A DNA stretch of 64,000 nucleotides from Octopus bimaculoides. Its lineage: Eukaryota. Positions 39,412 through 47,372 of this stretch are shown here, piece by piece. Numbering within the stretch: position 1 is the first letter of the stretch; each line of letters begins with the position of its first letter. Under the pieces are notes generated by a model that saw only the letters and a list, made by a program, of their open reading frames with translations, was not told the DNA's origin and searched no databases. A program made the position numbers and the translations under genes. Where the stretch lies: NCBI RefSeq assembly GCF_001194135.2, contig NC_069010.1, positions 8,304,190 to 8,368,189 of the forward strand. The letters run 5' to 3'.

Positions 39412-42372
39412 GCCAGTGAGCTGGCAGAATCATTAGCACACTGGGCGAAATGCTTAGCGGTATTTCATCCACCACTATGTTCTAAGTGGTGGCCCAGTGG
39501 TTAGGGCAGCGGACTTGCGGTCATAGGATCGCGGTTTCGATTCCCAGACCGTGCATTGTGAGGGTTTATTGAGCGAAAACACCTAAAAGCTCCACGAGGC
39601 TCCGGCAGGGGGTGGTGGCGAACCCTGCTGTACTCTTTCACCACAACTTTCTCTCACTCTTACTTCCTGTTTCTGTTGTGCCTGTAATGCAAAAGGGTCA
39701 GCCTTGTCACACTGTGTCACGCTGAATATCCCCCCCGAGAACTACGTTAAGGGTACACGTCTCTGTGGAGTGCTCAGCCACTTGCACGTTAATTTCACGA
39801 GCAGGCTGTTCCGTTGATCGGATCAACTGGAACCCTCTCGTCGTCGTAAGCGACGGAGTGCCAACAACATGTTCTAAGTTCAAATTTTGCTGAGGTCAAC
39901 TTTACCTTTCATCCTTTTTGGGGTTAATAAATTAAGTACCAGTTACACACTGGGGTCAGTGTAATCAACTCATCCCCTCCCAACAAATTTCAGGCCTTGT
40001 GCCTTTTGTAGAAAGCATTATTATTATTTTTTTACACAGTTTCTACTCTGTAGGTTGATTTGTTTTTTTTCTTTCCCCTGTGGCTGGCTCAATCACATGT
40101 GGTTAGAGCCATACTGAAGTTTCATTTTGGACACATGTAGGTCTTAGGTGCAGTCCCACACCATGGCACTGTGGGCAGTTCTGCTACAGTCCGGAGCTAA
40201 CCAAAGTCTTGTTAGTAGATTTGGCTAACTGAAAGGAGCCTATCGTTTGTCTGTTGGTTTATTTACTTCCCTGTAACTTAGTAACTTGGTGAATATCCAG
40301 TTTAAAAATAAATATCAGGGTTGATTTGTTTTTGCAGTTCTGGGTTTGAATCAAATCACAGCTAATAAGTACTGCACTGTGGCACCTGGGTAGGGTTTGC
40401 TAGACAGAAATTGTGAATCTCATTGTAGTCACTTCCTCATCATCATTTAACATCCATTGTCCATGCTATTGTCTCAGAAACTGAAAGAAGCCCATTGTGT
40501 GTTTCTGTCTGCATTTATCCTCCCCCATGCCACTTGACAACCAGTGTTGGTGTGTTTATGTCCCCGTAACTTAGCAGTTCGGCAAAAGGAGACCAATAGA
40601 ATAAATACTAGGCTTAAAAAGAAAAGTCCTGAGGTCAGTTTGTTCGGCTAAAAACTCTCCATGGCCAAACGACTGAAACAAGTGAACGACAAAAAAAGAT
40701 GTAAGCGGATCTCTATGTATCCGTACTGACTCGTTAGTGTTTTCATGAATTGTTGTGTTGTGCCATCATTGTCAATTGTGAGTGTTGTACAGTATCGCTT
40801 TTCTCCTTTCCAGTCTCCAGCTATTCCGCTTCTAACCCCTGCATCTTCAAAGGTAGATTAAAAAGACCGTGTTGCTCTCATTACCATATATAATAATAAT
40901 TATAATAATTATAAAAATAATTAATTTTGTCTTTTGTTTGTAACTTCATCTGTCTTTTACTAATCAAGAATCTAATTTTAATTTTGACGTCTTGATAATT
41001 CATTATTAATATATTAAGGTTAATAACTTTTTTCTTTTTTTTTCTTTTTTGTGGACGAGGCGAGACAATTTGCCTCGTCTTTTGGAATGGAACTTTTTAT
41101 TTTTATTTTATTTTCACAACCAAAGCAGCAGTCTTTGGTTTTTTTTTTTAGTTTTTTTATCTCCAGCTGTTATCATCAGGTGTGTTTTTTTTTTTGTTTT
41201 GTTTTGTGTTTCTTTTTTCCTTAAATGTGTAACTACATAGAAGACTAGCTTGGACCGGAACTAGGACAGTCTGGTCAGACCAAGCAGAATAACATTCTTA
41301 ACCAATAAAATGTTTCCACGCTCTGGGATAGGCAGCTGATGACTTATCACAGATCAAACTGATTGAAACATAGTATAGCTAGAAATATTGTAAAAATACA
41401 GTGTTAAGATGACTAGTTTTAATCCAGTCTTTGATACTGTGTACAGATCTAGGAATAAGATGACAGGTTCTAATCCAGCCTGGTACTATATACATTCCTG
41501 GGTATATATATGTGTGTGTGAGTGTGTATATATATATATATATATATAATAAGCGCAGGTGTGGCTGTTTGGTAAGAAGATTGCTTTCCTGCCACATGGG
41601 TCTGTGTTCAGTCCCATTACATGGCACCTTGGGCAAGTGACTTCTATAGCTTTGGACCAACCAAATCCTTGTGAATGGATTTGGTAGATGGAAACTGAAT
41701 GAAGCCCATCGTACATATATGTGTGTCTGTCTGTGTTTATTTCCCAGTAACTTAGCAGTTCAGCAAAAGAGATTGATAGAATAATTACTAGGCTTACAAA
41801 AAATAAGTCCTATGGTCAATTTCTTTGCCTTAAACCCTTTAAGGCGGTGCTCCAACATGGCCACAATCACATGACTAAAACATCTGAAAGAATGTGCCTG
41901 TCTGTCTCTCTGTATTTTCCCCTACCACTGCTTGATAACCGGTGTTACAGTGTTTACATCCCTGTAACTTAGCAGTTCAGTGAAAGAGACCAATAGAATA
42001 AGTTCTGCTGTTTTGCTCAACTAAAATTCAAGCCAATCACCCAGCATGGCCACAGTCTAATGATGAAACGAGTAAAAGCTGCAGGGCAGTGAAACTGAAC
42101 TCTAAACCACAAGGTTGCAAAACTACCTTCCTTACCACCCGGCCATACTGACGGGGAGAGAGTGGGGTACCTTCATGAAATAACTTGCAAAAAAAACTCT
42201 TTGGGGTATCGCGCCAACACGACTATCACACTCCAGTGACGAGTGTGTGTGTCTGTGTGTGCATGTATAATGTTTGATGCTAATGATTATATCTTAATTA
42301 ACTTTAATTATATTTTATTTTCCAGTACAATCCCAAGGTGCTCCTGTCCCAACGTACCAACAGAGTCAGTAA
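4003..42372 (+). CDS. ATXN2: Ataxin-2 gene, 5'-partial. join(4003-4050,10274-10310,11997-12050,12333-12404,13251-13416,14011-14126,14445-14533,14684-14896,16309-16832,17455-17583,18805-18854,20499-20617,21809-21872,22501-22693,23360-23508,36195-36318,36904-37460,39260-39373,40814-40852,42326-42372)
   Basis: All exons have AG/GT boundaries with matching phases. The spliced protein shows Lsm (PVNEGVYNNSRF...VSIQVKNGNVYEGIL), LsmAD (NGWDPSDMFRTNYEQFNVISTYDENLSQYTTPLER...AAKLADEIE...ISLENGEGEDEEKFAAV), PAM2 (STLNPNAKEFNP) and ataxin-2 tail motifs (TPTPPRPQ, AAAATGPP, HPAPSPVQ, IPVST). Confidence 0.96.
4330..4660. repeat. Degenerate minisatellite (gtgtgtatgagtatgtacaaat-like units)
   Basis: Visible tandem units; explains the His/Thr-rich spurious ORFs. 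Confidence 0.85.
5305..5770 (+). mobile_element. Two tandem copies of tRNA-headed SINE family C with (ATT)n tails
   Basis: ggcagtgagctggcagaatcattagc...gttctgagttcaaattcc...gcctttcatcctt...gataaattaagtaccag...agaaaagattatt, repeated many times in the window. Confidence 0.85.
6581..7080 (+). mobile_element. Two tandem copies of repeat family A (RTE 3'UTR-like, (GAT)n tail)
   Basis: gagtggttggcgttaggaagggcatccagctgtag...ccaacccatgctagcatgga...gacgttaaacgatgatg twice. Confidence 0.88.
9080..9315 (+). mobile_element. Single copy of the same piggyBac-like MITE
   Basis: ttaaactctttggcattcagatt...aaatgctgaagggttaa; antisense copies at about 1070-1230, 9660-9820, 21424-21520, 24310-24545, 32363-32591. 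Confidence 0.7.
10274..10310 (+). CDS. ATXN2: Ataxin-2 37-nt exon (GNPASNPSRNPV)
   Basis: ttttccag / gtaagt; recreates the PV-x-EGVYNNSR motif with the next exon. Confidence 0.85.
11324..11707 (+). mobile_element. Young tRNA-headed SINE (family B), copy 1
   Basis: A box TGGCCCAGTGG, B box GGTTTCGATTCC, (AAC)n tail; 12-bp TSD ATGACATTGCAT at 11312-11323 and 11708-11719. Confidence 0.92.
11997..12050 (+). CDS. ATXN2: Ataxin-2 Lsm exon (NEGVYNNSRFIYVGVCLL)
   Basis: tttcag / gtaagt; matches the EGVYNNSRM motif of ATXN2/ATXN2L. Confidence 0.95.
12333..12404 (+). CDS. ATXN2: Ataxin-2 Lsm exon (GNPVSIQVKNGNVYEGILLTFSYK)
   Basis: tttttag / gtaagt; Sm-fold motif VKNGxxYEGI. Confidence 0.95.
12801..13090 (-). 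mobile_element. Repeat family A, antisense copy
   Basis: Reverse complement of 6740-7080 and 17745-18095; other copies at about 9437-9600(-), 9830-9980(+), 16900-17195(+), 21520-21718(+), 22840-23140(-), 26715-26850(+), 38345-38590(+). Confidence 0.88.
13251..13416 (+). CDS. ATXN2: Ataxin-2 Lsm exon (MDIVLSMAHKVDD...DLEYAVK)
   Basis: (ct)n-ccag / gtaagg; phase 0-1. Confidence 0.93.
14011..14126 (+). CDS. ATXN2: Ataxin-2 exon (DNYSESSSRFNGQLGDKDLTPWEG...DAS)
   Basis: tttccag / gtaagt; conserved K-x-L-x-PW-x-G motif. Confidence 0.93.
14445..14533 (+). CDS. ATXN2: Ataxin-2 LsmAD exon (NGWDPSDMFRTNYEQFNVISTYDENLSQYT)
   Basis: poly-T tcag / gtgagt; LsmAD signature GWD..DMF..N......STYD..LS.YT. 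Confidence 0.96.
14684..14896 (+). CDS. ATXN2: Ataxin-2 LsmAD exon ending in Q9 (TPLERRDTKEY...EEKFAAVVKPEQ9SSNAPGR)
   Basis: tgtcgcag / gtaggc; LsmAD C-terminal half. Confidence 0.96.
15121..16200 (-). mobile_element. Degenerate RTE-clade LINE 3' end (RT C-terminus plus 3'UTR), interrupted by SINE B copy 2
   Basis: - strand reads LYDTCIQTTIL...ALNNTKGVRKLERNEASMLCWMCNVSVHV...WFGHVMQMD, the RTE-type RT C-terminus, then runs into a family A tail. Confidence 0.8.
15761..16141 (+). mobile_element. SINE family B, copy 2, inserted in an RTE remnant
   Basis: Near-identical to copy 1; 8-bp TSD ACATGTGT at 15753-15760 and 16142-16149. Confidence 0.92.
16309..16832 (+). CDS. ATXN2: Ataxin-2 low-complexity exon (poly-S/N/T, HHHQ7); contains a 10-N gap at 16557-16566
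   Basis: ttttccag / gtgagt; open frame, phase 2-1, only trinucleotide repeats. Confidence 0.9.
17455..17583 (+). CDS. ATXN2: Ataxin-2 exon (SSEKEDKEILSNRSH...NSNSK)
   Basis: ttttgtag / gttatt (weaker donor); phase 1-1 fits neighbours. Confidence 0.8.
17745..18095 (+). mobile_element. Repeat family A copy with gtggcac(g/a)taaaa sub-repeats
   Basis: Matches 6740-7080. Confidence 0.88.
18805..18854 (+). CDS. ATXN2: Ataxin-2 exon (DRASEIEAYKTFSSHIK)
   Basis: ctcaacag / gtaagt; resembles the ataxin-2 I-x-D-L-K-K-F-x-x-x-F-R/K-L motif. Confidence 0.88.
20499..20617 (+). CDS. ATXN2: Ataxin-2 charged exon (LTGSYKDKEKGE...DKLSQ)
   Basis: tatttcag / gtgagt; phase 0-2. Confidence 0.88.
21809..21872 (+). 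CDS. ATXN2: Ataxin-2 PAM2 exon (KVKNSTLNPNAKEFNPKSYPQ)
   Basis: tctttcag / gtatgt; canonical PABP-binding PAM2 motif. Confidence 0.97.
21974..22350 (-). mobile_element. SINE family B, copy 3 (antisense)
   Basis: Reverse complement of copies 1 and 2; 12-bp TSD CTAGCAAACTAG at 21962-21973 and 22351-22362. Confidence 0.92.
22501..22693 (+). CDS. ATXN2: Ataxin-2 exon (KHCVQTPTPPRPQTQSP...AAKR)
   Basis: ttttcag / gtaatt; TPTxPRPQ motif follows PAM2 as in vertebrate ATXN2. Confidence 0.92.
23360..23508 (+). CDS. ATXN2: Ataxin-2 exon (AIVPVPRHDYTAQAAAAAATGPPLLAQ...YTQ)
   Basis: ctttttcag / gtaggt; AAAAxGPP motif. Confidence 0.92.
26395..26529 (+). mobile_element. SINE family B, 3' fragment
   Basis: actacgttagggtacacg...ccgacggagtgc matches the 3' third of family B. 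Confidence 0.75.
27660..28740 (-). mobile_element. Degenerate non-LTR retrotransposon with restriction-like endonuclease (R2/R4/NeSL-type superfamily)
   Basis: - strand fragments TEMEAFLIAV*DQSL, LHWKLWQHYEIP, KATILWD, NNRPDIVIKD, LTDISISIDDNVS, LSKYKDLEMEV with stops and frameshifts; RPD..D is the REL PD-(D/E)xK motif. Confidence 0.8.
29370..29794 (+). mobile_element. Cluster of degenerate family C SINE heads running into a gap
   Basis: Three ggcggtga(g/a)ctgacagaatc-type starts separated by (ATT)n. Confidence 0.7.
34991..35661 (+). mobile_element. Three head-to-tail ~226-bp piggyBac-like MITEs
   Basis: TTAA|CCCTTTAGCAT ... ATGCTAAA(T/G)GG|TTAA ends; TTAA junctions at 34991, 35217 and 35443. 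Confidence 0.75.
36195..36318 (+). CDS. ATXN2: Ataxin-2 exon (HLMPMAQGTRLMTQ...APLY) after a 12.7-kb intron
   Basis: aag acceptor (weaker) / gtgagc; phase 0-1; resembles vertebrate PVIQGNARMM. Confidence 0.85.
36904..37460 (+). CDS. ATXN2: Ataxin-2 Pro/His/Gln-rich exon (HPAPSPVQ); 10-N placeholder gap at 37345-37354 breaks the apparent frame
   Basis: tttaag / gtgagt; QPLVMMPP...HPMH continues after the gap; an intron hidden in the gap cannot be excluded. Confidence 0.88.
37483..38335 (+). mobile_element. Head-to-tail array of about four family C SINE copies
   Basis: Repeated gtcgactttgcctttcatcct...gtgcctataatagaaaggattattatt units. Confidence 0.85.
39260..39373 (+). CDS. ATXN2: Ataxin-2 exon (GSHVHPSNHHMMASQAAAAAIPVSTPSSVHPSVHFIPH)
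   Basis: tttgtcag / gtgagt; IPVST motif. Confidence 0.9.
39488..39868 (+). mobile_element. SINE family B, copy 4, nested in a family C SINE
   Basis: 11-bp TSD ATGTTCTAAGT at 39477-39487 and 39869-39879; the host SINE resumes after it. Confidence 0.92.
40814..40852 (+). CDS. ATXN2: Ataxin-2 candidate alternative 39-nt exon (VSSYSASNPCIFK); second acceptor at 40820/40821
   Basis: ttttctcctttccag / AAG|gtagat; symmetric phase 1-1; no homology support. Confidence 0.5.
41555..41890 (+). mobile_element. tRNA-headed SINE family D (degenerate)
   Basis: gtggctgtttggtaagaag...ggcaccttgggcaagtg...ttgtgaatggatttggtagatggaaactgaa...ggcggtgctccaacatggcc. Confidence 0.8.
42326..42372 (+). CDS. ATXN2: Ataxin-2 last coding exon (VQSQGAPVPTYQQSQ*)
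   Basis: ttttattttccag acceptor; TAA at 42370-42372; parallels vertebrate C-terminus SVQAHHQQQL*. Confidence 0.8.
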
Positions 42373-42723
42373 GAAAATAGTTGCCAATTTTGAAAATGTA
42401 AGTTTATTTGGTGTTTAGCTCCATGTCCTTTGTCACCCAACTAATTTATGATGATCAGAAGCATTCCAACTATGGCCATCCTGTTTTTTTTGTTTTTTTT
42501 TTATTCCGAGAGGATTTTAGAATTATCCAGATGTGTGTGCTTATGTGCATGTACATAAATAAGCATGTGTGTGTGCGTGTGTATCAATGAGGGTGCATGG
42601 CCCTAGTGGTCTGGATGTTGCACTTGTGATCTAGCCGTCATGATTTCAATTCCTAGGCTGGGTGATGCATTGTCTTTGAAAGTGAAGGATTACTGGAAGA
42701 TTTCCAAATTTAATGTTAACGAC

Positions 42724-43087
42724 CAGGAGTGGCTCCATGGTAAGTAGCTAGCTCACCAACCACATGGTTCCGGGTTCATCCCCACTGCGTGGCACCTTGG
42801 GCAAGTGTCTTCTACCATAGCCTCGGGTCGACCAAAGCCTTGTGAGTGGATTTGATAGACGGAAACTGAAAGAAGCCCGTCGTATATATGTATGTATATA
42901 TATATGTATGTGTGTGTATATGTTTGTCGCGCCAACATCGCTTGACAACTGATGGTGGTGTGTTTACGTCCCCGTAACTTAGCGGTTCGGCAAAAGAGAG
43001 ACCGATAGAATAAGTACTAGGTTTCCAAAGAATGTCCTGGGGTCGATTTGCTCGACTGAAGGCGGTGCTCCAGCATGGCCGCAGGTC
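42724..43087 (+). mobile_element. SINE family D with internal TA/TG microsatellite
   Basis: Closely matches 55292-55700; further fragments at about 6470-6570, 21014-21110, 25205-25300, 26225-26385, 31205-31325, 33690-33830, 40470-40700. Confidence 0.85.
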
Positions 43088-43120
43088 GATGTATCCCCTT
43101 CTCACTTAAAATTATTTCAG

Positions 43121-43257
43121 ACCTAGTAGAAAAAAAAAAAAAAAACTTTAAGGGCCGGAAGATATGCTGCTAAGCAGTTTGACTGATGCGCTAAGGATTC
43201 AGCAGTGGAAACGGAAATGCTCAAGGGAATTTTGTCTACATGGTGGACGATGAATGG
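43121..43257 (+). other. Candidate non-coding (3'UTR) exon of ataxin-2
   Basis: attatttcag acceptor at 43120; could pair with the AAT|gtaagt donor at 42398; no protein support. Confidence 0.3.
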
Positions 43258-43589
43258 GTAACTAGACAGGAAAGTAGATAGGCATATTGGTAAGTAGGTA
43301 GGTAGGTAGGTAGGTAGGTAGGTAGGTAGGTAGGTAATAGCTAGCAAGCTACTAGATAGCTGCTTGCTACCTTGTATCAATTATTGCAATCTGTTTTTGT
43401 TGTTGTTGTTACCTTTTAGTGTAAGGACAGGTCAGAAGGTCTTGTCAAGGGCAATATTTGCTTCAGCGATAGGAGACAGATCAGTAGTGACTGGCTCAAG
43501 GCAGCAAGTTTTCTTTAGATCAAATTACAGTCAGCGACGAGCGAGATATTTCACTTCACCTTTAACTACATCTGTGCGTTGTTGTGGGC

Positions 43590-43591
43590 TC

Positions 43592-43645
<54 letters not shown>

Positions 43646-43851
43646 CACGTGTTATTCACTTGTCAAAGACACATGTTTTCTCTCTCTCTCCCTCTTTGTG
43701 TGTGTGTATATATGTATATTTGTTTATATAATGTGTATACATGTTTGTATATATACATTATTTTGTTATAGGTACATATGTTTGTATATACATATATATA
43801 TATATATATACTCATGTATATAAAAACATATACATATGAGTATATATACAT

Positions 43852-43893
<42 letters not shown>

Positions 43894-44070
43894 ATGTATA
43901 TACATGTGCGTAAGTGTGTGTATCTACACGCAGATACACAAACACATACATACAGATATCTGTGTATGTGTGTGCGTGCGTAAATAAATGTATGCATAAA
44001 TGTGAGTGTGTGTGTGTGTGCGCGCGTGTGTATACACTGTAAAGTTGAACACACACACACACACACAGGC
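43590..44070. repeat. Compound (GT)n/(TA)n/(CA)n microsatellite tract; similar tracts at 25305-25500, 52380-52640, 57090-57200, 60540-60780
   Basis: Direct inspection. Confidence 0.9.
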
Positions 44071-44293
44071 ACATGAAATGTCTGAGACATGTTTATTTGG
44101 AAACTGGGACTTGCTTAGTTTACTTTCTCGAGACTGTGCTGATAAAAAAATCACTGTAATGGCGATTATTAATGATAACATAGTTGAAACCAGCGTTTAC
44201 CATCGCCGCCACCACCACCACCACTACTACTACTATTGGTGGTGGTGGTGGTTTTGTAGTAATAATGTTACTAGTACTACCACTGAAACAAAA

Positions 44294-44663
44294 GCAGCGA
44301 GTTGGCAGAAACGTTAGCACGCCGGGCGGAATGCTTAGCGGTATTTCGTCTGCTGCTACGTTCTGAGTTCAAATTCCGCCGAGGTCGTTTTTGCCTTTCG
44401 TCATCCTTTCGCGGTCGATAAATTAAGTACCTGTTGCGTACTGGGGGTCTATCTAATCGACTGGCCCCCTCCCCGAAAATTTCGGGCCTTGTGCCTAGAG
44501 TAGAAAAGAAACGTTAGCACGCCGGACGAAATGCTTAGCGGTATTTCCTCCGCCTTTACGTTTTGCGTTCAAATTTCGCCGATGTCGACTTTGCCTTCCA
44601 ATCTTTCGGGGCCGATAAATTAAGAACCAACTTTCAGGCCTTGTCCCTATGACAGAAAGGATT
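44294..44663 (+). mobile_element. Family C SINE with partial tandem duplication
   Basis: Full copy 44294-44508, then a second aaacgttagcacgccgg... unit. Confidence 0.85.
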
Positions 44664-44912
44664 ATTTCTATATCGATTGGGGAAGAAAATCTGATACATC
44701 TCGGTGGAGCGATGAACAAACTGCGAAGCGGTCAGTCAGGAGACTCACCTCATCTTTTTCAGTACATCGAAAGTATAGAATGGATGTGATTGCATTCATA
44801 TAAATAATCTCGCTTTCTTATATTTAAATTTATTGCAGTCCTTCTGATTCCTGCTGTGCTCACAATATATGTATGTAAATTTCTGAAACAAGACAGGCGT
44901 GCCTGCGCCTAT

Positions 44913-44956
<44 letters not shown>

Positions 44957-45167
44957 CAAATAATATATGAGTATATGCATATATACGTACATGTATGTAC
45001 ATACCTACATCTACATGTATATATAGATGCATATCTGGGTGCAGGACGTTGCAAAAAAAACGTGGACAAAATGATAAACAGAGTACAGAAAACACACAGG
45101 CCACATAGAGAACATTTTCCTTCATCAGCTACACACACGTGTATGTGTGTGTTTGCATACACACATA

Positions 45168-45390
45168 TTCTTTTCTACTCTAGGCACAAGGTCCGAAATT
45201 TTGGGGGAGGGGTGGGGCAATCGATTAGATCGACACCAGTACGCAACTGGTACTTAATTTATCGCCCCCACCCACAAAGGATGAAAGACAAAGTCGGCCT
45301 CGGTGGAACTTGAACTCAGAACGTAACGGCAGACGAAATACCGCTAGGCATTTCGCCCGGCGTGCTTAACGTTTCTGCCAGCTCGCCGCC
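45168..45390 (-). mobile_element. Family C SINE (antisense)
   Basis: Reverse complement of 44294-44508. Confidence 0.85.
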
Positions 45391-45534
45391 TTTGCACACA
45401 CACATATTATATTACTAGCTCTTTGTATCATGTTGAGAAACATTATTTATTTAATCTGTGATATTTATCTATTTTCGTCGCAATAATGTACATTTCCTTC
45501 GTCGTTATTTAAATAGCATTTGTTTTATTTGCAG

Positions 45535-47337
45535 GCATATATGATGCGGTACGGATATCTAAAATGCAAGCAACATAAACATTCTCCGTACCGTTCACGC
45601 TCAAACAGACAGCATGGTCGGCCAGGCAGTGTACAGCATCAACAGATATTATATAATTGTAATAAAACGAAGGTTATGTTGGCAATCAGCCAGTACCAGA
45701 AAAGTTATCACTTGTCCGTGACAGGTAAGTTAAACCAGGAGACCAAAGAACTGATGTCTGCTTCTCGTTGTGGTAATAAAGACAAAGATGATGGTGTGTA
45801 CAGGGAGGAACACTTTAATTCAAAAAGGAAGCACCCTCGTCGACAAGATCTAAGACATGGCCGCGGAAACAGGGCCAATCGACGAATAGATATGAACAAA
45901 CGACACAATAGAAAAAATATGAACCCGATGAGAAAACGCTCAAAACGGGAAGCATTTCACAGATCCCGTTCAAAAATCAAAACGACCACCACAGGGGAGA
46001 AGTTTTTAGCGAGGGACAAACGATCCGTCTCGTCAAATTTATCCCCATTGCTATCTTCTAATTTACCTTTGACTTCCAAGCTGGCTTCTCTCTTGGTGGC
46101 GACTTTCTCAAAATTTCGAGCCACTAGAGGTCGCTGGAAACGGAATACGGCAAATGGTTATTCGACCGTATCCCTGACTGAACACAATAACAATACGGTA
46201 TCAAATAATACCAAAACGATCGCTAATGACACGTTATTAGCCCGTGAGATACTAAACCGTGTTATTGCTGAATCAAATACATCATCATCTAAGACCACAG
46301 CGACAAAAGAAACAGTTTCAGAGGGCGGAGTACGGACTAGTAAAACTGCAAGGCAACACACGGCAAAAGACTTAGCGCCGTCAAAGTTAAATACAATTAG
46401 CTCAGAAAACACAACTTCAACATCATCGCAATCATCACAAACACCCAAACCAATTTCTAATACATCTACTCATACTTCTAATGTAACAAGCACCACAACA
46501 ACTATAAATAATAATAATAATAATGCACGTAAATATGTACAGTTTCAAAACTCACAAACAAAACAAAAATTAAAAACAACAGCAGCAGCAACACCAACAG
46601 CAAAATCAATATCAACAAGTAGCAATACATGGCTAGAATATTCTGATGACCATGTACGGACGTTGAGTGACGAGCAGCCATGGAATGAGTCTTGGCTGGA
46701 GGAAGCGGTTTCGAATGGTGAAGTTGAACGCAAAGGCAGTGAAGGTAGACAAGAGCAGCGGCCATATTTTCACTCGTTCGCTTCTCAATCATCGTCGTCG
46801 TCATCGTCATCTTCATCATCATCATCGTCGTCGTCTACAGCGTACATGTCTTCGTCACGGTCATCTCTTTCGCCAACTTTTACGGCAGTGTCTTCTTCTT
46901 CTTCTTCTTCTTCTTCTTCTTCATCGTCATCTGAATTTCGGACGAACCCGGACGACAGCAGTGGTTCTGCTGTCCGTGGTTCCACCGATGGTGACCAAAT
47001 TAGCAAGCGTAGTGTGATCAACTTCAATAGTGCCACACGCATTGTAAATAACAACAACAACAACAGCACACACACCAACCACCAACAAAACAATAACATT
47101 AACCATAACAATAACAGTAATAACTACACAAACAACAGCAACAACGATACAACCACCATTTCTACACATCTTACTACTGCTGCTACTAATGCTACTACGT
47201 TTAAAGAATTTCAGTTGGATAGTAGTAGTAGTAGTAGTAAGTCTAATACAGATGAGATTCTCGAACACGTTTGTAATGGTAAGGAGAGATGTTTTAGTAA
47301 CCCAAGCACTAGCAACAACAATTGTAAATGTAACCTT

Positions 47338-47372
<35 letters not shown>

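Noticed and set aside
41337-41365. C/D-box snoRNA
   Set aside because: TGATGA and CTGA are only about 20 nt apart, with no terminal D box or stem at the expected distance.
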